Of a stretch of 64,000 nucleotides of DNA, positions 1 to 9,391 are shown one piece after another (positions within the stretch are counted from its first letter, which is position 1; each line of letters starts with the position of its first letter). The notes under the pieces were generated by a model. That model made no database searches, had not been told where the DNA came from, and saw only the letters and a program-made list of their open reading frames with translations. The translations under genes and the position numbers were made by a program. Source of the DNA: Nitrosopumilus sp. (lineage in GTDB: Archaea > Thermoproteota > Nitrososphaeria > Nitrososphaerales > Nitrosopumilaceae); assembly GCA_965205215.1 (NCBI GenBank), contig OZ242041.1, positions 1,024,001-1,088,000 of the forward strand, read 5' to 3'.

Positions 1-60
1 ACCTACGAGTACCACTGCACCATACATCCGTGGGCAAAGGCCGTCGTAGTAGTCAGATGA
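1..60 (+). CDS. 3' end of a cupredoxin/plastocyanin-like blue copper domain protein (partial)
   Basis: Frame 1 reads TYEYHCTIHPWAKAVVVVR*, matching the thaumarchaeal cupredoxin C-terminal motif Y-x-C-x2-H-P-W. Confidence 0.8.
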   Translation, partial: TYEYHCTIHPWAKAVVVVR

Positions 61-361
61 GCCGGTGCGCGCGTCATCAGGCATATCTGTCCGGCCCACT
101 TGCCTGTTCTGGGGGATAAACCGCGAGCGTCCAAGCTGCGCGCGATGGCATAACATGTTGCATAATCCCACAATCCGCCCTGCTCTAAGGGTGCCGCCCT
201 GCGGCGGCGCGGGCCCGTCCAAAACGGCGGACAACATCTCGCAGCGTGCGGCCATGGGGGAGGGAGGGAAGGGGGGGGGGGGGAGTGGGCAAGGTGGCCG
301 AATGGCCGCCCCGCATATCATCTCAAGGGTTAATTGGGGGCCCTGAAAGTGCCAACCACGT

Positions 362-434
362 GGCCTTTGTAGTACAGTGGTTAGTATAGAGGATTGTGGA
401 TCCTCGGACAGGGGTTCGATTCCCCTCAAAGGCC
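362..434 (+). tRNA. tRNA-His (GTG), with genomically encoded G-1
   Basis: Acceptor GCCTTTG/CAAAGGC, anticodon arm GAGGA-TTGTGGA-TCCTC, T-loop GGTTCGATTCC, discriminator C434. Confidence 0.95.
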
Positions 435-580
435 CCTCCATTACCACATGCAGCCCACCTTCTGCACGGGCCTGATCCAGTTGTGAAGCCTAAAGGCGTG
501 TGTGCGGGGGAGGGGGAGGAGAGACGACGCGCGTGATTCCCGGAGCCGGGCGCACACGCTGCAGCCCCGCGGAGCACGGG

Positions 581-967
581 CTAGAATATGCCAAACTTGC
601 TTGACTCCATCTCCTCTTTTATGGCGAGCTTGAACCGGGGCGCGTCGCCGTCGCCGTATGCCGCCACGTTTCTCTCAAGCCACGTGAGGAATTTCTTGTC
701 AGGCCCCTTGCCCCTGAGGCTGTCAAAGTCGGCGGGGCCCATGACCTCGCGGAGTCTCTGTATGAGGGACCTGTTGACGCTCAGCACGAAAAAGTGCCAC
801 CCGAATGCAAACTCCGAGTCGGTCATGGCAAACTCGTCTTCCGTGTGCGTCATCTGTTCGAGCATGACCATCTGCCTGGTCAGGGCCTTGCTGGCGCTGT
901 CGTAGTCGACTGCAGAGACGTTGATGTTGAGCCTCCCGTCCGCAAAGTCTCCCGCGCCAGTTGCCAT
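581..967 (-). CDS. Conserved hypothetical protein (thaumarchaeal type)
   Basis: 128-aa ORF with globular composition, co-oriented with neighbours. Confidence 0.75.
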   Translation of the reverse strand: MATGAGDFADGRLNINVSAVDYDSASKALTRQMVMLEQMTHTEDEFAMTDSEFAFGWHFFVLSVNRSLIQRLREVMGPADFDSLRGKGPDKKFLTWLERNVAAYGDGDAPRFKLAIKEEMESSKFGIF

Positions 968-1009
968 ACGTAAAGTATGCCCGCCGCCGATAAAAATATT
1001 GCACCGCCC

Positions 1010-1831
1010 CTAGGGATCCTTTTGCTGATCCCTTGCCAGCAGGTGGTCAAAGTCTATGTCAAAGTTCATCTTCATCAGCTTTACGTACGTGGATATGGGC
1101 TCCGGTATCTCCTCGCCGCACGCTATGCCCAGCCGCCACGCGTTCGTCCATATGGTCAGGGTCTGTATGATGGTCAGAAACCTGTCGTTTGCGGTGCCGG
1201 GGGGCCCCAGCGCCTTCGTGTATCTCTCTGCATGCTCCCACGCCGTAACAAAGTCCACGCAGTCCCTCTTGAATACGGCCTTCAGCTGCTCGCCCACGTC
1301 TTTTGCGGGCCGGAGGGGGGTCTTGCACATGACGTACGGAAAGTCCACGGCGTCCGGCAGGCATCCGGGCAGCGGGCCCCACACGGTGAGTATTCGCGTG
1401 CCGTCGTCAAGCGAGCCGAACCTCTCTGCCATCGCGTCGATGAGGTCCGAGTCGTTTGCAAACCAGAACAGTATCACTGTCGCGTCCGACATGTCCGCGT
1501 CGCGTATGTCGGCGCACTCGAGCCGGTACCTGTCGCGCAGGCCCGCATCCTGCGCGGCGTCACCCTCCTGCATCCATTCCTCAAGCAGGGCGCGCGCGTC
1601 GCGAATCTTTGACGCGTCAGAGTCCACGCCCACCGCGCGCCTAGCGCCAAACTCTGTGAGAGCGATTCTGATGCCCTCTGCGGATCTGCCGCACCCGAGG
1701 TGATACACCGTGTCGCCGGCGCCAAGCCCTGCCAGCCTGAACATATCCCTGAGTGATCGCTGGCTCAGCTCGGCGTCCGCGCCGCTCAGCATGTCGTCCG
1801 GAAGCGTACTTAGGTATTCTTCTATCTTCAA
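1010..1831 (-). CDS. Class I SAM-dependent methyltransferase
   Basis: Motif I YHLGCG, acidic motif II (GVD), CADIRDAD-MSDATVI; TTG start. Confidence 0.85.
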   Translation of the reverse strand: MKIEEYLSTLPDDMLSGADAELSQRSLRDMFRLAGLGAGDTVYHLGCGRSAEGIRIALTEFGARRAVGVDSDASKIRDARALLEEWMQEGDAAQDAGLRDRYRLECADIRDADMSDATVILFWFANDSDLIDAMAERFGSLDDGTRILTVWGPLPGCLPDAVDFPYVMCKTPLRPAKDVGEQLKAVFKRDCVDFVTAWEHAERYTKALGPPGTANDRFLTIIQTLTIWTNAWRLGIACGEEIPEPISTYVKLMKMNFDIDFDHLLARDQQKDP

Positions 1832-1945
1832 CTGTCAAGTCACCGCTATCGCCGCCCGTCTTTTTTTTCTTTGTGCGGGCCTGCCGGCACGCGCGCACGC
1901 AGCTGCCGGCGCGCCTCGGCGCGCCGCACCCGCCTGCCGCCGGTC

Positions 1946-2215
1946 CTACTCCCTTATGCTCTCCAGCTTTGATACTGCCTGCCAGAGCTGCGTCCTTACG
2001 TACGAGGGCATGTTGGGATCCTGCGTGACGTCATCAAGCATGCTGATTGCGTTTGCCGCCCTGACTGACAGCGAGTATTCTGTGCCGTTGAGCTCGGTTA
2101 TCAGTTCCATGATGGATTTCTTGATGGTCTTGGGGGTGGTGCCGCTCTCCGCTATCTGCGTGAGTGTCTCCAGGGAGTCCTTCATGGCCTCCCGGTTCTG
2201 TGCATCGTCTGCCAT
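1946..2215 (-). CDS. UPF0147 family protein
   Basis: Archaeal UPF0147 signature SVRAANAISMLDDVTQDPNMPSYVRTQLWQAVSKLE. Confidence 0.9.
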   Translation of the reverse strand: MADDAQNREAMKDSLETLTQIAESGTTPKTIKKSIMELITELNGTEYSLSVRAANAISMLDDVTQDPNMPSYVRTQLWQAVSKLESIRE

Positions 2216-2275
2216 GTATGACTCGTCTTTTTGGGTAGTAATATAGTTAAAGACGTCCGGGCCTTCTTGGCGCCG

Positions 2276-2617
2276 TCACACCTCTACGAAGAGGCTGCCT
2301 GATTCTGCCGTCACCTTGTACGAGCCAAGGTCCCGTATGGGCGCCGGGAACTTTGCAAGCTTGCCCGTGGCGCAGTCAAACTCCGCCTTGTGCCACCCGC
2401 ATACTATGGTGCCGCACGCGCCGCCGTCCTCGCCCTTCCCTTCTTCCTGCCTCAGCGTGCCCTCCGAGAGGGACGCCCCGGAGTGCGTGCACGTGTCGTC
2501 AGTCGCGTAATAGCTGCCGTTTACGTTGGCCACCAGTATGTCGAGCCCGTTGACGGTGGCCTTTAGCATGCCGCCGGATGCTATGTCCGACTCGCTGCAT
2601 ACGAGGTGCTTTCCCAT
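2276..2617 (-). CDS. Rieske-type [2Fe-2S] ferredoxin
   Basis: CTH...CGWH ligands; start taken at MGKHLVC (2617), downstream of an AT-rich promoter-like stretch. Confidence 0.9.
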   Translation of the reverse strand: MGKHLVCSESDIASGGMLKATVNGLDILVANVNGSYYATDDTCTHSGASLSEGTLRQEEGKGEDGGACGTIVCGWHKAEFDCATGKLAKFPAPIRDLGSYKVTAESGSLFVEV

Positions 2618-2663
2618 GGATTTTGTTTTTAACTCTGGCGTCTTAAGTCTTGCCACGGGGCGC

Positions 2664-3692
2664 ATGATGGTGAGGGTTCGCAGGGTTCATGAGGGGGATC
2701 GCGGGTTTGTCCTGGGGTACTGCCGGGACACGTTCGGCTGGGGCGACTACATAGGCGACGTCTGGGACGACTGGCAGTCTGACGGGGAGTTTCTGGCGTG
2801 CGAGGACTGCGCGCCCGCGTCCCCTTCGCCGCAGGATCCCGTCGGCGTCTGCCACGTGCACATGTCGCCCGGACAGGCCTGGATAGAGGGAATACGGGTC
2901 CATCCGCAGTACCGCCGCCGCGGCATCGCCACGTTCCTTGTGAGGGAGGCCGAGCAGATGGCGCTTCGGCGGCTGCGGCCGTTGTTACAGCAGCAGCAGC
3001 AGCAACCACAACAACAACCACAACAACAACCACAACAACAACCACAACAACAACCACAACAACAACAACCACGGCAGCAGCAGCAGCGCCGCCCCAGCCC
3101 CCCGCCTCGCGACGTGGCAGAGGATGGCGGGCTGGCGTCTGCCATGATAATCGATGCTAGGAACGAGCCGTCGCTTGCAATGGTGCGGCTGCTCGGATAC
3201 GATGTCATGAGCGCGTGGACGTACCACAGGCTGCCCCCGCGCAGCCCCGACGCCGGCGCGCGCCGCAAGATCACCGTGCTGCGCGATCTCGACTGCGCCG
3301 CATACCCGCATTTTGTAAGGGAGTGGAGGTGGTTTGAGACCCGCAGGCTGGGCGCGCGCGGCGCTCTCTCGGGAGACCCCCCCGTTGTAGTCACGGCGCG
3401 TCCCACGCGCCCGGACGGTGGGGCACCGGACGGTGGCGGCCGGGCAGCGGCCGTCTCCGTGCTTGCGGCCGGCAAGACGGTCGACGGACCGGGCAGAACC
3501 CTGTACGCCACACTCTATCCGGGCGCGGATCCCGCCGGCACGGATGAGATGATTGCGTTTCTGGCCGGTGCGGCGGCCTCCGAGTCGTGCGCGGCGGCCA
3601 ACGTCTTTACGCTGGGCGGGCTGCCGCCCGGCTGCCGGGAACGGCCGCGGCACTTTTTTGAGTTCTGTCTGGTGAACAAGAGGCTGGCATGA
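2664..3692 (+). CDS. GNAT family N-acetyltransferase with an internal poly-Q/P insertion
   Basis: WIEGIRVHPQYRRRGIA acetyl-CoA motif A, NEPSLAM..LGY motif B; start at ATG 2664. Confidence 0.85.
   Translation: MMVRVRRVHEGDRGFVLGYCRDTFGWGDYIGDVWDDWQSDGEFLACEDCAPASPSPQDPVGVCHVHMSPGQAWIEGIRVHPQYRRRGIATFLVREAEQMALRRLRPLLQQQQQQPQQQPQQQPQQQPQQQPQQQQPRQQQQRRPSPPPRDVAEDGGLASAMIIDARNEPSLAMVRLLGYDVMSAWTYHRLPPRSPDAGARRKITVLRDLDCAAYPHFVREWRWFETRRLGARGALSGDPPVVVTARPTRPDGGAPDGGGRAAAVSVLAAGKTVDGPGRTLYATLYPGADPAGTDEMIAFLAGAAASESCAAANVFTLGGLPPGCRERPRHFFEFCLVNKRLA
2988..3087 (+). repeat. Coding microsatellite (CAG)n-(CAACCACAACAACAA)n-(CAG)n
   Basis: Directly visible; encodes QQQQQQP(QQQP)n. Confidence 0.95.
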
Positions 3693-3704
3693 GCGCGGCG
3701 CCCG

Positions 3705-4610
3705 TCACGACGGCACCTTTCTTACCGTGTTGCGGATGGAGCCGAGCCCCTCTATCTCCATGTCGATGGTGTCCCCGTCCTCCAGGTACGGGGTGCCGGG
3801 ATTCTTCAGCGCGACGCCGGCAGGCGTCCCTGTCGATATGACGTCCCCCGGCTCGAGGCTCATGACCCTCGAGAGCTTTGATATTATCTGCGGTATCTTC
3901 AGCAGCATCATTTCAGTCGACGAGTCCTGCCTGGACTCCCCGTTGACCCTGGTGGCGAGCCTCAGGCCGTGCGGGTCGGCTACCTCGTCTGCCGTGGTGA
4001 TCCAGGGCCCGCAGGGCGCAAAGTCGTCAAACCCCTTTCCCCTGGTAAACTGCTTGTCCTGGAACTGTATGTCGCGGGCCGAGACGTCGTTTAGTATCAT
4101 GTATCCGAACACGTACTCCATGGCCTCCTCGGCGGCAACGTTCTTGCACCTGCCACCGCCGCTACCGTTCCCGACCACCACTGCAAGCTCGACCTCGTAG
4201 TCGAGCTGCCTCACAAAGTCCGGGCACCGTATCTCCGCGCCCGTGCCTGTCAGGGCGGTCCTCGGCTTTATGAACAGCACGGGATCCTCGGGGGCGTCGA
4301 GTCCCTGCTCCCTTGCGTGGTCCGTGTAGTTGAACGTGAGGCATACTATCTTGCCGGGGTTTGGGAGTGGGGCCAGCAACTCGTAATCTGACACGTGGCT
4401 GTTGTACGGGATCTCCTTCTGCCTTGTCTTGTCGTACCACCCGCCAAAGAGAAACTCCGCAACGTCTCGCGGTATGGGCACGCCGGTGGCAAACGTGATG
4501 TCGTCCCTGGTCGCAATCCTGCCGCCTCCATCAACGAGCCCGTACGTCTCCCTGGACGACCACTTGTCGGACCGCTCGTTTTTGCGCGGCATAAGGCGGG
4601 CTACTCTCAT
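3705..4610 (-). CDS. Fumarylacetoacetate hydrolase family protein
   Basis: NYTDHARE, LDYEVELAVV, NDVSARD, RGKGFD, GDVISTGTPAGV motifs. Confidence 0.93.
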   Translation of the reverse strand: MRVARLMPRKNERSDKWSSRETYGLVDGGGRIATRDDITFATGVPIPRDVAEFLFGGWYDKTRQKEIPYNSHVSDYELLAPLPNPGKIVCLTFNYTDHAREQGLDAPEDPVLFIKPRTALTGTGAEIRCPDFVRQLDYEVELAVVVGNGSGGGRCKNVAAEEAMEYVFGYMILNDVSARDIQFQDKQFTRGKGFDDFAPCGPWITTADEVADPHGLRLATRVNGESRQDSSTEMMLLKIPQIISKLSRVMSLEPGDVISTGTPAGVALKNPGTPYLEDGDTIDMEIEGLGSIRNTVRKVPS

Positions 4611-4612
4611 GT

Positions 4613-6748
4613 CTAACCGTGCGTAAAGATCACGCGCCTGCCGGTGTCCTTCCTGCAGTATCCGAACCTGACAAACTGGATCTCCGCGCCCTCCTCCACG
4701 TTTTCAAAATGCGGCTCAGTATAAACTTCTGTCTCCTCCAGGCTATTCTCGTCAAACTCCTCCCCGTCAAACGGCCTCTTTGGTATGGTAAGCCTTATCC
4801 TTACGGCAGTCTCCCTGGAGACCCATTGCATCTTGGCGTCCTCTGCGGTCTCCTGCTTTTTCCTCCTTGCCGGCTCTGCCGCGGCCTCGTCTTGCAGCGC
4901 CCTTTTTTTGGCAGGCGGCATCTCGATCTTCATCTTTTCAAAATAGTCCAGTATGTCGCCTGCCCCGAACGGCTCGTCTATGTCCGCGACGTACCTGGCG
5001 TATGCGTCCACGTCCTCCTCCCTGCTTTTGACGCCGCCACCACTGTCGCCGTACGGGATGCTCCTCGTGCCGCCGCCAAGACCATGGCGTGTCATACCGC
5101 CGCCGCCGCCGCCGATCCCGAACCCCTCTTTGGCGTCCCGTCCGGGCAGCTTTGTTATGACCACGTATGCCAGTCCCAGCAGCCTTACTATGGAGCCCTC
5201 CTCCAGCCTGTCAAAGTCGCCGCCGGGTATGTACACGTCGCCGCTTGCAGGCATCGCCCTCTTGCCCATTCCTTCGTGCAGCGGATGGTTCGGCACCCCT
5301 GTCCGATCTTCCATCTGCTTTTGCGCTTCCGTGTCGTCGCGTATCACGAGCCTCCTCGGGTTCATTGCCATGAACAGCCTGGTGCTCTGCGCGTCTATCA
5401 TGCTGCGGTTTATGGACTCGAGTGTCTCGAAGGGCGCTACTGTGTCTGCCTTTGTCATCCCAAGCGACTCGATGAACTTTCTTACCGCCTCGGGCCTTAT
5501 CCCCCTGCGCTTGAGGCCGCCCAGGGTCGGAATCCTGGGATCGTCGTACCCCGTTATGCGGCCGTCCTCCATCAGCGGCTTTATCACCCTCTTTGATGTC
5601 GGCATCCCCTCAAAGGCCAGCCTTGAAAAGTAGTGCTGCTCGGGCTTCCTCATTCCCAGCGCGTCAAGTATCTCGCCGATCAGCTCGGCCCTCGTCTCGA
5701 ACTCCTTTGAGCGGAACGCGTGCGTGATGCCGTGTACGCTGTCCTCCACTGCCACTGCCATGTCGTAGCTCGGCCAGACCCTGTATTTGGCGCCCTGCCT
5801 GTAGTGCGGCGTGCTGATTATGCGAAACAGCACGGGGTCGCGCATCACGGCGTTGTCGGCCTTCATGTCGCCGCGGAACCTCATCACGGCGTCGCCGGCC
5901 TTGATCTTTGCACTGTGCATCTTGCTCCACCTCTTGTAGTGCTCGTCGGGGTCGTCCTTTCTGCAGCACTTGCACTCTGTCCGCTCCCTGCGGTTCCTGC
6001 TGATGGCATCCTTTTTGCAGGTGCAGACGTACGCCATGCCGGACGTTATCAGACTCTCCCCCTTCTCGTACATGATCTCTATGTCGTCTGACGTGTACCT
6101 GACGTCCTCTTTCTTGAACTCGAGCCCCAGCCACTCGAGCCCCACGTTGATTCCGGCAAGGTACTCTTTTCTCTCGGCGTCGGGGTTCGTGTCGTCGATT
6201 CGCAGTATGCACCTGCCGCCGTACTTGGCCGCATAGTCCCAGTTTATGATGGCCGCCTTTGCGTGGCCTATGTGGGGGTACCCGTTGGGTTCCGGGGGAA
6301 AGCGGGTGACGACGGCCCCCTGCTGCGCGCCCTCGAGCTGCGGGAGCCACGCGCCGGGCGCATCGTCCTGACTTGGCGGCTTGTCTGCATCGGGTTCCGC
6401 CTGCTGCGCGCCTGCTTCCCGCCTTGCCGCCTCCAGCCTTCTGCCCTGCTCGTCGGCGGGCATGGCGTTTACCTGAGACACCACGCCTGCCACGATTCTT
6501 GACACCCTGGGAATAGAGTCGCGGAGATCCCGCCTTGTCCCGAGTATCTTTCCCAGTATGTTCTTGTCTCTGGTCCGGCCGCCGTGCGCCGCGGCGTTCT
6601 CCAGCGCCAGGTACATGATGTGGGCCTTCAGCTGTTCGTCACTGCCTCCATTGTCGGCGTCATTCATGCCGGGCTCCGCATCTGGTTGCTTGGACGGCAG
6701 TGACTCTGATGGCAGTGACTCTGATGGTGATGATTCTGATACCATCAC
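4613..6748 (-). CDS. gltX: Glutamate--tRNA ligase (archaeal type)
   Basis: TRFPPEPNGYPHIGH, RIDDTNP, DDPRIPTL, QFVRFGYCR; exact start uncertain because of the low-complexity N-terminus. Confidence 0.96.
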   Translation of the reverse strand: MMVSESSPSESLPSESLPSKQPDAEPGMNDADNGGSDEQLKAHIMYLALENAAAHGGRTRDKNILGKILGTRRDLRDSIPRVSRIVAGVVSQVNAMPADEQGRRLEAARREAGAQQAEPDADKPPSQDDAPGAWLPQLEGAQQGAVVTRFPPEPNGYPHIGHAKAAIINWDYAAKYGGRCILRIDDTNPDAERKEYLAGINVGLEWLGLEFKKEDVRYTSDDIEIMYEKGESLITSGMAYVCTCKKDAISRNRRERTECKCCRKDDPDEHYKRWSKMHSAKIKAGDAVMRFRGDMKADNAVMRDPVLFRIISTPHYRQGAKYRVWPSYDMAVAVEDSVHGITHAFRSKEFETRAELIGEILDALGMRKPEQHYFSRLAFEGMPTSKRVIKPLMEDGRITGYDDPRIPTLGGLKRRGIRPEAVRKFIESLGMTKADTVAPFETLESINRSMIDAQSTRLFMAMNPRRLVIRDDTEAQKQMEDRTGVPNHPLHEGMGKRAMPASGDVYIPGGDFDRLEEGSIVRLLGLAYVVITKLPGRDAKEGFGIGGGGGGMTRHGLGGGTRSIPYGDSGGGVKSREEDVDAYARYVADIDEPFGAGDILDYFEKMKIEMPPAKKRALQDEAAAEPARRKKQETAEDAKMQWVSRETAVRIRLTIPKRPFDGEEFDENSLEETEVYTEPHFENVEEGAEIQFVRFGYCRKDTGRRVIFTHG

Positions 6749-7801
6749 TCACACACTTCTCTTTACGACAAAGTCCAGCAGAGCCTCTAGCTCCCCTCTT
6801 GCCCTCCTGTTTGGATAGGACGCCAGACTGCCCCTTGCCTTCTCCGCGTGCCGCATGGCCATCTTTCTTGCCCTCTCTTCCACCCCGAGCTCGCGTACGG
6901 ACTCGACTGCGCTGTCAAGCATGGACCTTGATGCGCGCGGGTTCCCAAACGCGCTTGATATCGTCCTTCGGTGCTTGGTGCCGGACGACGCCTTGATTGC
7001 CATCAGTATGGGAAGCGATTTCTTGCCCTCCCTGATGTCGTTTCCCACGGGTTTTTTCGTGACTGACGCGTCGCCCGTCACCCCTATCAGATCGTCTGTT
7101 ATCTGGAATGCGATCCCGAGACTGCGCCCGAACCGCGAGAGGTTCTTGACATCCTGCGCCCCCGCGCCGGCGCATATGGCGCCCATGGCGCACGACACGT
7201 CAAAGAGGGCCGCGGTCTTCTTGCCTATCATCGTGATGTACTCCTTTTGGGACGGCAGCCTCTTTGCCTCTGCCATTTTGATGTCGAGCATCTGGCCCTC
7301 GCACACGTCAACGCACGCCGTCGCAAGGCGCGACACGAGCTCGTGCGTCTGCCTCTCCCTTCTGGGGTCGTCAGGCCCGGAGCCCCTTCCGCTCCCCCTT
7401 CCGGCAAGCGTCTGGTACGCCTTTGAGAAGAGTATGTCGCCTGCAAGTATGGCCACCGGCACGCCGAATCTCTTGTGGACGGTGGGCACGCCGTGGCGCA
7501 CGTCGTCGTTGTCCATTATGTCGTCGTGAAGCAGGGTAAAGTTGTGCACCATCTCTACTGCCGACGCCGCCCGGCGGGCGTCTGCCACGCTGCCTCCGAG
7601 TATCTGGCAGCTCTTTATCACCATGTAGGGTCTCAGGCGCTTTCCCCCGTGTATGATCAGGTGCCTTGCCGCCCTGTACAGCTCGTCGGGGCTTCCGGCC
7701 AGGCTCCTTGTCAGGTGCGCGTCCACCGCGCGGGCTGTCCTCTTCATGCTGTGGCCCGCGCCGCCGTCGCCAACGCCGCTTCGCGCCCCCGCCTTCTTCA
7801 T
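6749..7801 (-). CDS. gds: Geranylgeranyl diphosphate synthase (polyprenyl synthetase)
   Basis: GGKRLRP, FTLLHDDIMD, FQITDD, GNDIREGKKS; ATG at 7801 overlaps the idi stop (ATGA). Confidence 0.93.
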   Translation of the reverse strand: MKKAGARSGVGDGGAGHSMKRTARAVDAHLTRSLAGSPDELYRAARHLIIHGGKRLRPYMVIKSCQILGGSVADARRAASAVEMVHNFTLLHDDIMDNDDVRHGVPTVHKRFGVPVAILAGDILFSKAYQTLAGRGSGRGSGPDDPRRERQTHELVSRLATACVDVCEGQMLDIKMAEAKRLPSQKEYITMIGKKTAALFDVSCAMGAICAGAGAQDVKNLSRFGRSLGIAFQITDDLIGVTGDASVTKKPVGNDIREGKKSLPILMAIKASSGTKHRRTISSAFGNPRASRSMLDSAVESVRELGVEERARKMAMRHAEKARGSLASYPNRRARGELEALLDFVVKRSV

Positions 7802-8508
7802 TGCTCGACCAGCCTCCAGGACTCTTTTGGCATGTGGCTTGATATGGCGCCAAGAAGCGAGTCCTTTACCTCCGCGGTCATCCACGGGTCCAGTATTCCG
7901 GAGTGCTTTTCGAGCGCTGCGCGGTCGGATTTGTCAAGCAGGTACAGGGCCACCAGCATCCACGGGCAGTACGCGCCGGGGTTCTCGGCCGCGTCGGCCG
8001 CCACTTGGCCTGCCGACACGGTGCGGACTCCGTCTATCTCCCCCCTTACCTGCACCACGTCTGACGCGTCGCGTATGGTGCCGACCAGCGTGCCGCATAT
8101 CTCGTTCTCGGATCCTATGTCTTTGTACGGCACGTGGTACTCGAACTTGTGCAGATAGTCAAACTCGGCAGTAACCCCGAGCTCCTCTGGCATCCTCCTC
8201 TGGCATGAGGACACGTAGGTCTCCGACTCGCGCGGGTGGCTTGCAAAGGTGCCGTCCCAGTATCCGGGCCAGAGCATCTTCTCCCCCGCGCGCCGCCCCA
8301 GTATCAGGCCGCCGCTCTTCTCCTCAAAGAGCAGGGCGGTAAACGCCCTGTGCAGCTTGCCGTCGGGCAGATGGCACCTGACCTTTTCCTCCATGCCGAT
8401 GGGGTTGTCGTGCTCGTCGACCAGTATTACGTACTCTTCATGCGGCTTGTCCTGGCCCGAGGCGGCAGCAGCAGTAGTGGCAATCGTAGCGTTCGCGGCT
8501 GCAGTCAT
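7798..8508 (-). CDS. idi: Isopentenyl-diphosphate delta-isomerase, type 1 (Nudix fold)
   Basis: LHRAF, WPGYWDGTFASHP, RRMPEELG, ENEIC, CPW; located in the isoprenoid cluster. Confidence 0.92.
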   Translation of the reverse strand: MTAAANATIATTAAAASGQDKPHEEYVILVDEHDNPIGMEEKVRCHLPDGKLHRAFTALLFEEKSGGLILGRRAGEKMLWPGYWDGTFASHPRESETYVSSCQRRMPEELGVTAEFDYLHKFEYHVPYKDIGSENEICGTLVGTIRDASDVVQVRGEIDGVRTVSAGQVAADAAENPGAYCPWMLVALYLLDKSDRAALEKHSGILDPWMTAEVKDSLLGAISSHMPKESWRLVEQ

Positions 8509-8510
8509 CC

Positions 8511-9356
8511 TTACTTGATCCTCCTCTTGGCCCTCTTGGATGCCGTCCTTTTACTTTTTTTCCTTTTCCCGTCTTTTGTGGCGGTGTCTGCCTCAAAGAG
8601 CGTCCCCCGGAACTCCTTGGATGCCGCCGCGTCGCGTATCCTTCTTGGATGGTTGCCGTTTACGAGCGCGACCTGTATGCCGTATCCTGCAATGCGGGCG
8701 GCCTCTGCCACCTTGCGCGCCATTCCGCCCGTCACGTCCATCGCGCCGCCCCTCGGGGAGCTGAGATCCGATGCCGCCGCCCGGCCCGCGCCCGCGGGTA
8801 CGCGCTCCACCAGCCTCTTTGACTCCATGTCCGTATAGAGCCCGTCCTCGGCGAGCGCAAATATGCAGAGCCTCGGCCTTGCAATGCGCGCCATGTGTGA
8901 CATTATCTTGTCGCCGGACAGGATGTACGTCTTGGAGCCGTCCCCGTACCATACCGCGTCCCCGTACGTGACGGGGGTCATCTCCGATGCGGCGGCTATG
9001 TCTGCGACCTCGCGCACCCTTGAGGGGATGGGCCTCGGACCTGTCATGAACCCGGAGGGCGCCATCGCGTAGGGCCTGAGGCCGCCCCTGAGCAGCTCCT
9101 CGAGGATTATCAGGTTCAGCTGCACCATGGAGTTCTTTACCACCGAGACGCCCCTCGGGTCATAGTCGCGCTCTGCAGTGTGCATGTCGTACTTGACTGA
9201 CCAGTAGTGTCCAAACGACCCCCCTCCGTGCACTATGATTGCCGGCTCCTCGATTTTTGCAATCGCCCTTGCCATGCCGGCAATCTTGGGCCTCGACGCG
9301 GAGAGCGGCTTTGACTTGTCGGTTATCACCGAGCCCCCCAGTTTTATGAGAATCAA
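8511..9356 (-). CDS. ipk: Isopentenyl phosphate kinase
   Basis: KLGGSVITDK, VHGGGSFGH, ILSGD, DVTGGM. Confidence 0.93.
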   Translation of the reverse strand: MILIKLGGSVITDKSKPLSASRPKIAGMARAIAKIEEPAIIVHGGGSFGHYWSVKYDMHTAERDYDPRGVSVVKNSMVQLNLIILEELLRGGLRPYAMAPSGFMTGPRPIPSRVREVADIAAASEMTPVTYGDAVWYGDGSKTYILSGDKIMSHMARIARPRLCIFALAEDGLYTDMESKRLVERVPAGAGRAAASDLSSPRGGAMDVTGGMARKVAEAARIAGYGIQVALVNGNHPRRIRDAAASKEFRGTLFEADTATKDGKRKKSKRTASKRAKRRIK

Positions 9357-9391
9357 TTATGCATCTTCCGGGCATTCGGTTAAAAAAGTAT

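Noticed and set aside
256-289. G-rich tract with G-quadruplex potential upstream of tRNA-His
   Set aside because: The genome is rich in simple repeats, there is no independent support, and homopolymer length may be a sequencing error.
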